The notes under the pieces were generated by a model. That model saw nothing but the letters and a program-made list of their open reading frames with translations. It had not been told where the DNA came from and did not search any database. Of a DNA stretch of 64,000 nucleotides, positions 1-11,342 are shown in pieces. Position 1 is the stretch's first letter; each line of letters starts with the position of its first letter. The stretch is taken from the NCBI GenBank assembly GCA_965645245.1, contig OZ287072.1, positions 2,480,001-2,544,000 on the forward strand, written 5' to 3'. This DNA is from Massalongia carnosa (taxonomy: Eukaryota). The translations under genes were made by a program, and so were the position numbers.

Positions 1-1318
1 TTATCGCGGGTACTGATAATCAGGAATCCAACGCCCTTAACACTCTCTGCAATATCAGATGGCAAGGTGGCTATATCAATGACCAAATTGAAGGATTTAA
101 AGTTGAAAATAGGCATCGTGATATTTGCTACTGTTGTATTGACCGGTATGTACAGCACTTCATGATGATATAACTCTTCGAGAAGTCCTCGAGGTACGAG
201 GTTCGACCAAGGTTGCAGATACTAGATTCGCCAGTCCTCCGCGCGCAATACAATGCCCGATCGTTGACTTGGATACATATCATGCCATTGCCATGAATAA
301 CCCGGCCCGGCATCATTTATTTTCAAGTCAAGCAGTACCGCTCCATCCACGTAATATGGTACCTATCTCACGGAGCTGTAAGCCAGAAGCTCGACGAATT
401 GAGATGGTAAAGAGAAGCAAAGTATAGCAGAAATCATCCAGAAGTATACTCTGCGAGCTACAGGCTGTCCTGAACTTGATGCAGTAGGATTGCCTCTTTC
501 CAATTAATGTGGCCTGGTCATCGTATTCAATAGGATCATCGTCATGATTTTGATTCGAGACGGATAAAGATGACAATTCATCAAGCTCGTTGCTTCGGTT
601 GTCTAGTTGAAAGTAAGCGATTTGAAGTGATCTTACACAATCAGATGAAACAGTATACCATTCATTTGATTATGGAGTACATGTCTTTGCAGAAGGATAA
701 AAACTTGTGTTTACTTATTTAAGACATCTCAATCTGCAAGTCGTTGACTAATAAACATCCGCAATGAACTGCGTTAGATTATCGTTTATATCGTCAAAGA
801 CGTCGTGCGGATAGGACAAAAAACCCCCCTAAGCATCTGATCACGATCGACTTTAAGTTACCCCACCACGATCCAAACTCGGAATCTTCCGTTATTAGAC
901 TCAAAATAGACAAAGTTATTAATAATCGTCTTATAATAAACTCAGCCTGGTAAACTCGAACCAAGATAGTTATGATGTGTGGACTGTTGCTTTCATCTTG
1001 ATTTTCAACAATAACGCATGATGCTATTTCAGTTCGAGAAGATGGTATTCATGAGTTGAACATCTGTTTCTCATTCTATTATTGTTGCTCTGGACCATGG
1101 CGCAGAAGCTTGAGTCCTTGCGACTGAATAATCTTTTCATGATGGAGCGCAGCATTAAAAGGATCGTAGTATCCAGCATTCAATCCAAATCATCGTCTTA
1201 CATCGTCTCATCTGTTGCAAATAAAGCTTATCCTACAAGCATAATACCTTAGAGTTAATACCTTTACTGTTTTATAAAAACTTCACATTGAAATCATTGC
1301 AAGCGCGACAGGAGAATC

Positions 1319-2290
1319 ATGGCCATTGAATCTGGGATCAGCAACTACGTGCGCACAGACGGCAGGATTGCTTGGGAAGACGGCATGAAGATTGGAGATG
1401 GATATAATCTGGCCGGGCACAACACCCTCCAGTCACCTTTTCGAGAATTCAAGCATCCGGTGACGCCAGGCAAAAACATCTGCAAGATCCATCTTACGTA
1501 CGAGACGATGCGAAACCAAGAAGACATCATGAGGATTCTCGAATCGAGTGCTAGCGCATCTGTGATACATATGTTGATATCTGTGATACTCTCAATGGAG
1601 CTTTTGCAGACGGCGAAATGTAATACAACCAGCATGGTTACTATCATTCGATGTACGGCTACACTGCCCACCGACAACTTCGATGCTTCCTTGCAGTTTA
1701 CGGAGGAAGCCAAATCAAAAGCAAGCAGCGCTGAGGACTTTGTTCGAAGATTCGGCGAGTACTGCATCTCCGGCTGGACGTGTCAATCGACATTCTTCGC
1801 GATATGTGTCCACACAGCCAAAAGCTCGGATATTCTCGACGAATTTCAAGCAAAGCTAAATGTTGGCTTCAATGGCAGCGCAACAGGGGCGGGACTTGCT
1901 TCGGAATTCATGAGGAAGGTTACAGCAACGTCCAAGCATGTCAGCGTTAAGACCGAGATCGACTATGTTGGGTACAATGCCAAAAGGCTTGACAAAGACT
2001 TTGAGAAGATCCGCTTAGACATGGCATGGAAATCTTTCCTAAAAAACTGGTCTCCATTGCCAACGGTGGCTATCTTGAAACATTACTCTGCTCTCAGAGT
2101 GGAGGGGCTTGATAGCATCCCCGGACCAGACCGCACTCACGACATCTCTACCGGGTTGGTCGCGTACATGAGAAGAGCTCTAGCATTGCAGATTTCCGCT
2201 CAGTCGAGTGTGATGAGATGTGCGAGGAAACAGGTACCGAACATCGAGAACGTCATCAATCAACTTGTTATAAACGGGCGGTTGGGGTAG
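1319..2290 (+). CDS. Hypothetical protein, possibly MACPF/CDC-like pore-forming fold
   Basis: 323-aa intronless ORF. Motifs GMKIGDGYN..SPF, AEDFVRRFGEYCISG...FFAI and AILKHYS resemble the pattern of MACPF-like proteins (F..xFG.yisg, L..Y). Judged by eye only. Confidence 0.45.
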   Translation: MAIESGISNYVRTDGRIAWEDGMKIGDGYNLAGHNTLQSPFREFKHPVTPGKNICKIHLTYETMRNQEDIMRILESSASASVIHMLISVILSMELLQTAKCNTTSMVTIIRCTATLPTDNFDASLQFTEEAKSKASSAEDFVRRFGEYCISGWTCQSTFFAICVHTAKSSDILDEFQAKLNVGFNGSATGAGLASEFMRKVTATSKHVSVKTEIDYVGYNAKRLDKDFEKIRLDMAWKSFLKNWSPLPTVAILKHYSALRVEGLDSIPGPDRTHDISTGLVAYMRRALALQISAQSSVMRCARKQVPNIENVINQLVINGRLG

Positions 2291-2521
2291 TCAGATGTGG
2301 TTTCGTTAGGATCTTGATATACCCGGGAATGTTTTTTCTCTATAATATTAGACATGTCGAGATGTTCCCGACATGTATGTTTACAGTAACGATTCATGAA
2401 TTATGAGCAATAGTATATTACCTTACATAGTTATGTCAACAATACTCGAGTTTCTTTTCTGATGATTTTTGCAATAATTATGCAGTTTATAATTTATGTG
2501 TTTTTCTTCATGAATCTTTAC

Positions 2522-2744
2522 TGTTAGTAGCACTAGTAGATAGAACGGGCTGTGGGCACGACTAGAGGCTATTAAGGCCTTCGTCACTGTTAGGCACGGG
2601 ACGCCTAGCCAGCCACGTGACCCCGAAAAGGGGCACACGCCTATATAGCCCACGCTCGCTACTAGCTAATAGAACCACTTTACCATCCAACTCAAGCACT
2701 GACGTAGTCATACGTCTGGTGCCACGAGTTGGGGTAAACCCACA
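2522..2744 (+). repeat. 5' LTR (223 bp) of the GalEa-like Copia
   Basis: Starts TGTTAG and ends CCCACA; its last ~91 bp recur at 7571-7661. Confidence 0.9.
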
Positions 2745-2770
2745 CTGATCAGTTTAGCTATTCAGATCAG
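2745..2770 (+). promoter_or_regulatory. Conserved hairpin site in place of a tRNA primer-binding site (PBS)
   Basis: CTGATC-agtttagctattca-GATCAG immediately after the LTR; no TGG-type PBS. Confidence 0.7.
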
Positions 2771-2814
2771 AATACCCCAATCATTAAAACCTGAAAACCT
2801 CGCTATCGCTGACG

Positions 2815-5800
2815 ATGGCAGGTTCTCCGAGCGTTGCTCCGAGCGCCGAAAACGCGATCGAGTCAACCGAGTCAACAAATCCCTTTCCCAACGGCATCGA
2901 TCCGGAGACGGCCGATGCCGAGACAATCAAGAAATATGTTAAATATCACTTCCAAAGATACGCAGACAATGACTACGAGGACTACTATCTGTGGAATATC
3001 GTCCAGGGAAACTTCGAGCACTTCAAAGAGGAGCATTTCAACAAATTCGATCGAGACACCTGGGAACTCGTAAAGGCCTACTGCTATCAACACGGCATTT
3101 GGATCGATCACAACTACGGGCCCGGCAGGACTCGCGCATCCTTCATGAGAAAGACTATCAACACGGAATGGGAACTGGACTGGACTCTCGAACAAATTAA
3201 ATGGGTTCAAGGACGATATAAACATCTATCCAAGAAAACCCTCGACCGAAAGCGAGAACTCATGAGCATCATCGAGTCAGATAACCTAAATCTCATCGCT
3301 GCAAACTCGCGAGGTCTATCTGCGGATCCGAGAACACAATCGTACCAGGATACCAGACTCCAGACCCCATTGCATCAGTCTGCATCACCAAATCCGTACA
3401 TACCTCAGGCACCCCTCGCGTCGCAGTCCCCACAATTTACTCAGCAGATCTCGCAACAACTACCTCCGAGTCAATCATCGCATCAAACGCCTCATCATCA
3501 ATTTCAGGAGAACTCGACCAATCAATACGCCAAGGAATTGACTCTGCTAGAGAAAATCTACAAGGATAACGACAAGTTTAGTGGCACGGGCGACAACTTC
3601 GGTTTCAAACTCACCATATTCCTCGACAAATGCAGGCGAGTCGGACTACCTCATATCGCGTTCATTCATGGAGCCTCGATTATGCTTTCTGGTCAGGCAT
3701 TGACTCATTACTATGCAAATCGAGGTTCCGCCGCGTCGTTTGATGATTTCTGTCAAAACATGAGGACATTCTTTGAAGGGCCCGAGTGGGAACGCTACAA
3801 TCTGGCAAAGTGGCAAACCATCTCCCTGAACGATGTTATCTCGGCCAACCCCTCGCTGTCGACAACCGAGTGTCTCAGAAAGCTATGCACCGAGCTGGAC
3901 ACGATACAACGAGGCATCAACACGGCATATCACGGGTCAATTCATCTGCGAGAAAACATCATTCGGGCCTGTAGGGGTCACCCAGCACTCGCGGCCGGTT
4001 TAACAAATCCACCACAGGACACACCAGGATTGGTCAATAACCTCTATGCCTCAATCGTCAATTATGAAGCGGTGCATAAGTCCGCGCAGGGGAGCTATCT
4101 AGGCGAGAATGAGGACGATGAGGAGTCTTTCTTCACCGATCGGCAGTATCGCCGAGGCGGTTTCAACCCTCGCTCTCGCGGCGGACAACGTTTCAACCGA
4201 TCAAGTTATTCATCTCGAAACCAGTCTCGAAACCCGTCTCGTGGCCCAATGCGTCAAAAACGCTGCTTCGTATGCGATGAAGAAGGATGCTGGTCAACGA
4301 ACCACTCATCGAAAGAACAGGAGGACTCCAAGAAGCGCTGGGGAGATAAGCATCCCAAGTACAAAAATCGCTCAGGCTATGAACGCAATCTTCGTCAATA
4401 CATCGCTAATTATGAGGGCGATGATGAAGATGAAGACGAAATAGCTCACTTTTTCGGAGACCTGTCCATCGAGGCAAAAGACCCTTCACTTGATGCAGAG
4501 GTCGCTACCGAGATGTTTCATACCTCGATTGGCACCCTTCATGCAGTTGAGTCTATTAATGCGATCAACATGCTGACCAATAAGGCCTTCGAACATCGCA
4601 TAACTTGGTCAGACAATACCATCGCCCCCGTCTCAGTGCCCTACAGTTTTATCACGTCAACCGACACTCGCTACGACGAGTCCGAATTTAAAGGGCTACT
4701 GATCGATTCCGGTGCTGCAACTCGGTCAACCGGTGGCATTGGGCAGCTAAAGGCCTTGCAGAAGATCATCTCGATAAAACTCGACGAGACAACGGCTGGG
4801 TCAGCAAATTTCGTCTTTGCATCGGTAGTACGTCTTCAATCGGCACGGTCAACCTGAATACCCCCATAGGAAGAATCGTCTTTCATATCGTACGAGTCAA
4901 TACGCCGTTTCTCCTCTGCCTCGCCGACATGGACAAGCTAGGTGCCTTCTTCAATAACCTAACCAATCAAGTTGTTCAGGCCCAACATACTCATCCTGTG
5001 ATTCGCCGGTATGGTCATGCGTTTCTTTTATGGTGCACATCCGCATATGCCCTCGCGATTGAATCATTCTCGGAAAATCCATGCTTCTTAACTACCACCG
5101 AGCTCCGCCGACTACATCGTCGCTTCGGGCACCCATCAGTCTCGCGCCTACATCGGATTCTCGAGCGATCAGGTCATGATGTCGACCTTCGAGCCCTAGA
5201 ATACCTCGTTAAATATTGCCATCATTGTCAGAAGCACGGAAAGTCGCCAGGCAGGTTCGGTTTTACCATAAAAGATGACGTCGAGTTTAATTACCACATT
5301 GTCGTCGATATTCTTTACATAGAAGGCAAGGCGGTGCTGCAGTTAGTCGACGAGGCAACTCGATTTCAAGCAGGACGGTGGCTGAAGGACATTTCGGCCA
5401 GACATGTATGGGATCAGCTACGGGCATGTTGGATCGATACCTATCTCGGCCCCCCCGACCTCATCTCGGCCGATGCAGGCAATCAGTTCATGGCCAGGGA
5501 ATTCCGACAATATGCTGCAAACATGGGAATCATTGTCAAAAACGTCCCCGTCGAAGCGCACCACTCCATCGGTCTAGTTGAATGCTATCATGGACCACTT
5601 CGTCGAGCATATAGCATCATAACTGCCGAAATTCCCGGAATCGAGCCCGAGTTGGCCCTACAAATGGCATTCAAGGCACTCAACGACTCGGTAGGACCGA
5701 ATGGTCTAGTTCCGACGTTGCTTGTGTTCGGTGCCTACCCGAGAATGACTGAAATGGATGCTCCCTCGCCTACAATCACCCAACGCACGATAGCCATGAG

Positions 5801-7586
5801 AAAGGCTATGGAGGAGGTACGCAAGCTGCATGCATCTCGTCAGGTTAATGATGCATTGAACACTCGAAACGGCCCGTCCACCACCTTGATTCACGACTTG
5901 CCCATCAATTCGCCGGTGCTAGTATTCCGAGAAGGCAATGCAGGTCGATCAGGGACGTGGAAGGGACCATACAAACTTCTCAGCCTACAAGGCGAGTCGG
6001 CTATCATCGAGCTGTCGAGCGGACCCACCAAATTCCGTTCCACCTCGTTGAAACCGTACTACGACCTTGCTGCTGATGGCATGAAGGATACAAATAAAGA
6101 TGAGAAAGATGACGAAAGCGCAGGAGACGCCGACGTTGGTGCAGGACGTATAGATGATGGTACAGGAGATGCCTCATCTATTAACCCTCGCACCTCGGGA
6201 CATGTTCCCTCGATCGATGCAAGAGACACCCCTCCTACGAATCCCCTCGTCTCGGGAATCATTGCCCCGACTGCCTCACCTTCATCAGCACCATCAGCAC
6301 CAGTCAAACGTGGCCGTGGAAGACCCAGAAAGCATCCCGAACATGTCAATTTCACTACGCCTTCCAACATCTGCTTCGTCATCGATACTCCTGAAGATAA
6401 TGATGACGACATCTCGAAATTACCCCAATTCACCTCATCGAGGCAAAAGGAAGTCGCCGGACTTCTAGAAAAGGGTGTATTCAAACTCGTAAATTCTGAA
6501 GACGTTCCAGATGACGCACGCGTTTTCAACTCGAGGTTTGTTGACGAAATAAAGAATCCTGGCACCGATAAGGCTTTCGAGAAATCACGTCTGGTCGTAC
6601 AGGCCTACAATGACCTCAATAAAAACCTCGTTCTGACACAGTCACCGACAATTCAACGAGTCAGTCAACGTCTTATCATCTGCCTCACAGCAACATTTCA
6701 AAACGAGTCAACAAAGCTATACCTTCGCGACGTCACTCAGGCATACGTTCAATCAAATTCCGAGTTGAATCATGACTTTTACATCCGCCCGCCTCATGAA
6801 CTCACCGCGATGATGGGAGCTCCATCCAACTGCATCCTGAAAGTCATAAAACCTCTCTATGGCGTCCCGGAAGCAGGCAATCACTGGTTCGCCACGTATC
6901 ATGCCCATCATACTAGAAAACTCGGCATGACCGAGTCAACCTACGATCCATGCCTACTCTACAAATCCGAGCCTTTTGGCATCGTTGGCCTACAAACTGA
7001 CGACACCCTTATGCTAGCAAGCGACACCTTTTCGGCCGAAGAAGAAGAAGCTATCAAGAAGGCTAAGATCATGACTAAAGAGCGCACTCATCTCATCCTC
7101 GAAACCCCAATCAAGTTCAATGGCACCATGATCCGACTCGCCCCGAGCAGAGACATCATGTTGAGCCAGGAAACTCGTGTTGGAGGCATCTCGCTGGTTG
7201 AGAATCATGACGCCTCGACAACTAGCTCGCGAGGCATCGTTCGAGAAAAGTTGTCTTCGAGAGAGCAATATGTGGCCCAACGAGCTAGAGGTGCATACAC
7301 AGCTTCCATCTGTCAGCCCGAGGCCTCTTTCGATCTATCTTATGCCGCTCAGTCAACAAAGTTCTCCTCAGATGATATCAATGCCCTAAACAAGCGATTT
7401 AAGTGGCAAATAGACAATCAATCCCGAGGGCTGAAATACGTCAAACTCGATCGAAACAGCCTTCAGTTGGTCGTTTTCACCGATTCATCCTTTGCCAACA
7501 ACCGAGACCTCTCATCACAAATCGGTTATGTCATATGCCTTGCTGACTCGACTGACAAAGCCAACGTCATGCTCGCTACTAGCTAA
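2815..7586 (+). pseudogene. GalEa-like gag-pol polyprotein (frameshifted, RNase H truncated)
   Basis: ORFs 2815-4857 and 4929-7586, joined by an apparent 1-nt deletion near 4819 (FVFGIGS). PR LLIDSGAA, IN LHRRFGH..CHHC plus DDE, AT-hook KRGRGRPRK, RT LYGVPEAG..QTDD. RH starts at VFTDSSF and then fuses to LTR sequence. Confidence 0.9.
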
Positions 7587-7661
7587 TAGAACAACTTTAC
7601 CATCCAACTCAAGCACTGACGTAGTCATACGTCTGGTGCCACGAGTTGGGGTAAACCCACA
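7571..7661 (+). repeat. Truncated 3' LTR of the GalEa-like Copia
   Basis: Matches 2654-2744 apart from about one substitution; followed by TSD TTTAC. Confidence 0.88.
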
Positions 7662-7776
7662 TTTACATACATTATAGAAAACTCGATAACTTATAAGAAT
7701 AATCTCAATTCAAGTCATGGATCTCAATTTTCTATTTTTTTTTTTCGATCAATCAAACACTAGAAATTATGAGCAC

Positions 7777-9091
7777 CTATCTAGTTGTCAAGGGGTATGA
7801 CAATGTTCTCATCATCGACTGAGGTAGACGAGGGTTTTTGGCTCCGCTCCGTAGTTGTCTCCTAGAGCTGTGTTCCGGAACCGATGTTTGAGGCTGAGAT
7901 GCAGGGTTAAACACCGGAGTGGAACTGCGCGAAGAGCTTGTGGGATTCGAAGATTCTTTGAGCGGCAAGGAGACGGCAACGGTGGATTGTGATGTGTGAG
8001 TAATTGATGCGCGCGATATCCGAGGAATGAGACTCGAATGATCTGTGGTAACAACTTTACGACTGATAAAAAATGATGATTTATCATTTGACTGTTGACA
8101 GCTGTTTGACTGTAACTGTGAATCCTGCATTACAAGCTTATCATCTTTCCTAAATCGTCCAAGTTCTAGGTATACTCGTAAGAATGTTGATCAATCTCGT
8201 AAAAAAACTCGACGCTGACATTTGCAAGCTCACGTTTGAGACTATTCAAATGAACAGTCTGTCTGTATTTGTGAATGCGATTCAAATCTCAACTTAGCTC
8301 CACGATGTCCTCCTCCTTCAATAGACTGTAGGCATTACACTGGATCAGGTGATAGGATAATATTTCGAAATGTTTAGTTTGTGCCAGCGGAATCTTCATG
8401 CAGTAAAGAGTCACGCGAGGGCCACAGCACGTCAGCGCGAATAAAGTGATGTCTCTCAAGTTCAAGCTTGAGGACTGTCGTCGAAGCTTCACCCGTTCTA
8501 AGAGCATCATCGCACCCAAAAGAGCAAGAAATTGATGAGTCTCAGTTTCCTGTGACTTGGTATTTTTAAACCCTGCAATTAAGTAAGGCGGTAACGCGTC
8601 GATGCTGGCAAAGGTCCGAATGGCTGGGAAGTTGATATAGCATTCCGAATTTTCCAGTTCCGACAGTTGGGTCGCGTACATGATGTCTGGCCTCATGCCA
8701 CGCGGAGCTTATAAAAAGATGATTTTTTTGTTATTTGTGCTATGCTGATCCTTTCCAAAGCCACCAGTCAAGTCAAGCAATGGCAAAATTGACTAGCGTT
8801 TCTTTTCCTCTCCAAACTGGGTCTCGAATTTTCCTTTGGAGGTAATAATACGTATCCTTGAGACTCCAATGAAACGTACGGCTGTATTTCTCTCTTAGCG
8901 TTCACTTTCTCTTGCGGAAGAAGGTTGGGCTCCGTTAAATGCGCCCATCCATTCTTTAGACTGCCATTCAGAATCGAGATCTTTCGGGATGCAAGCTCCT
9001 CGTTTCGATCATTCCAAGTCCCTTTTTTCGCTATCTTCTGCTCATTCAAGGTCGAAGCATCTTGTGAAGCAGTCTTTGGCTTTCTCGCCAT
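7777..9091 (-). pseudogene. Degraded gene with a possible PD-(D/E)XK nuclease-like domain
   Basis: Collinear minus-strand ORF fragments 8768-9091, 8289-8696 and 7777-8130. RPD...PYLIAGFK...HQ..L.G pattern, with G where E is expected. S/P-rich tail. Confidence 0.35.
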
Positions 9092-9741
9092 GTTTTGACC
9101 GATGGATCTTACTTGTGTCCAAAGCTGATCAACTTCGGCCGGGTCCAGAAGAGAGGGTGGGGATGAAGGTGAGGATGAAGGTGGGAATGAAGGTATAGAT
9201 TTGCTCTGAGGCCCTGTATATCATTGTAATTAGCAAAATTCTGTCCAATGTTTCATCCTTTGTTATTTCTTCGATCTGTGCCTTGCCTATTGAGAATCCG
9301 CTGCTGGAAGGGTCTGCGCTGATGCGTTGCAACCCTCTGATAACGTGAGTGTCGTTTTGTCGTGACCGGACATGCATGGCTTTCATTTAGAGACATGATC
9401 CAAATCCTCAATGAGTGGACGATGAGAGTAGATGGTAGAAGTCATTAAAGAAATAGCAAAGGTTTGAACTCACTTCTTCAGCTTTATCTCCGATGCTGCG
9501 ATTAAATCCGCCCGTTTTCAGACGAGATGACGTAGCGAAGTATTGTAAGCGGGAAATCAAAGACAACTGTCAGGAACGAAAGCAGTCACGCCTTGTAGGG
9601 CAGGTCGCTAATCTTAAAAGTTCGATCAGAATCCGATTAGGCTTCTAGCGCCTAGTTCAACAGGCAACCTTAATCGAGGCAGGGCTCTCGGTTAGGTAGT
9701 GTTTTGACACCATTCAACTCAAAGAGCGATCAGTAACCGAG

Positions 9742-9884
9742 CACGCGGGTGACAAAAAAAACTGCACACACAAACTTTCCCCATTCTACCACGTCAAATG
9801 TACTACTATCTACACGATAATTATTTGATCAAACACAAACTCAATTGAATTCGAAATACTTCATTTAGTATCCAGTCGTTCCAC
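9742..9884 (-). mobile_element. 3' end and TIR of the Tc1-like element whose body is at 44548-45745
   Basis: 41-bp TIR CACGCGGGTGAC... identical to 44548-44588. Its reverse complement completes the transposase end (RLRAVISGEGG|TTGY*). Confidence 0.85.
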
Positions 9885-9933
9885 TGAAGGAGGATAAACT
9901 GGGTGGTGTGCGTCTATGAATCAATCGTACTGT
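9885..9933 (-). repeat. 3' end of a Gypsy-type solo LTR (remainder at 45746-46005)
   Basis: Ends CCTCCTTCA on the minus strand and resembles the Gypsy LTR end. 4-bp TSD CCAC (9881-9884) equals the reverse complement of GTGG (45742-45745). Confidence 0.8.
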
Positions 9934-10291
9934 TGTAGGGGTGGAGCGGTGATACTCTAAATGCAAATTGCTAGCGGTTCGGGAGTTGGTTCTTTTCGGC
10001 TGATACTCGGTAAAGGTAGCGGGGAAGTCAGGTGACAGTCTTTCTTTTAGTTTAGTTATAGATAGTTCTTTTCCTTATAGAGCCAGCATGCTCGTAGCAA
10101 TAGCTACACAGCACATAGCATCAACACATACAGTTCACAGGCACGAGGCATCAGGCACGAGGCGCGAGGCTTACAGTGATCAGTCTAGCTATTGTTCTTA
10201 TTCTATTGTTCTGTTCTTCTCTTGTTTGTTTGTTCTCTTGCACTCCTAGCAGTAGTGGACCACGCACACCACCCAGTTCATTCCTTCCACA
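9934..10291 (+). repeat. Gypsy 5' LTR (358 bp)
   Basis: TGTAGGGG...TTCCACA followed by the PBS; homologous to 39478-39561 and to the reverse complement of 46006-46279. Confidence 0.92.
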
Positions 10292-10379
10292 TTTGGCGAC
10301 CACGGTGCGATCTCTATTTGACCGGGAGCAGGAATCAAACGACGAGTCTAGATAGACATGTGAGACAGACAGTAAACTT

Positions 10380-10482
10380 ACAGCGACAGCGACAGCGACA
10401 GGCGACAGCGACAGGAAATAGCGACAGGAAACAGCGACAGGAAATAGCGACAGGAAACAGCGATCTAGAAGCAGCGACAGCG
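10380..10482 (+). repeat. Short tandem (GCGACA / GCGACAGGAAA) repeats in the Gypsy leader
   Basis: Visible reiteration of cagcga and gcgacaggaaa. Confidence 0.7.
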
Positions 10483-11342
10483 TACAGAGATCTAGAGATA
10501 GTGGGAAAACGACATACAGCGACCGGAGAAAGACAGAAAGAACGGGGGCATCCATTTGACCCTGACAGAGGGTGGCGATGCGAACAGACCTCACCTGAAC
10601 GGGCGGAATTGATTATAGGGGAAGAGACGGACTCGAATAGTCTGCGACACGGTGGAGACGGTCGAGAGTCTAACATAGCGACATCACGATTCCGATAGGC
10701 GGGAGATAGGTGGCCGATTTGACCCGAACCAATCAGCGAGCTCGAATTCCGTCTCGGTGGCAAGCTAATCCTGTTTGAGAAGATCGTGAGAATAAGCGAG
10801 CAGCCTCAAGGACTGAGCGACGACGTCGATTTGACAATGTGAACAGAAGGACCCACCAGAAACATGGGTTCGGAAAGTACCGCATTCCTGCTCGAAGGCC
10901 ATCCGGAATCGAGACCATGGCGACTGAACGGCACCGAGGAGGCATAAAAGCTGCCTCACTGCCCATCTTCAACAGATCATTTCATCCATCTTTTTCACCT
11001 TATTCATCCTGTTCAGACAATGTCGAGCACAAAGCATATCAGCATAACAGGCCTTCGGACCTACTTCCACCATACATTCATCCTACTAGCCCGCACTGTC
11101 ATCACTACTGTTGTCAGTCGAATAGAGAGGACAAGGAAACAACAACAGCTCTTCTTTCGAAAATCGTTACACACCTCCTACCTATACTTGAGCGACTTGC
11201 TACTACTACCTGCAAGCATACTGAACCTGCTACTGAGACTGCTGTCCGAACTAGCCCACCGACTCGACCTGAGTGTGAGAGTTCATCGTCGGCTACCATA
11301 TCTACAATCGAAAATCAGTCTAGTGGTGCAACAATCAGCGAC

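Larger units (their letters stand above)
2522..7661 (+). mobile_element. Ty1/Copia LTR retrotransposon, GalEa-like, with a 3' internal deletion
   Basis: TG..CA 5' LTR 2522-2744, partial 3' LTR 7571-7661, 5-bp TSD TTTAC (2517-2521 and 7662-7666). Domain order gag-PR-IN-RT-RH. CX2CX4CX4H knuckle (CFVCDEEGCWSTNH). CTGATCAGT directly after the 5' LTR. Confidence 0.92.

Noticed and set aside
1..600. Minus-strand ORF fragments (128-316, 328-576)
   Set aside because: Possibly a decayed gene running off the window, but no recognisable motif, so not called.
10151..11342. Several 130-170 aa ORFs on both strands and the 5' part of ORF 10839-11783
   Set aside because: They overlap the LTR, PBS and low-complexity leader; probably chance ORFs.
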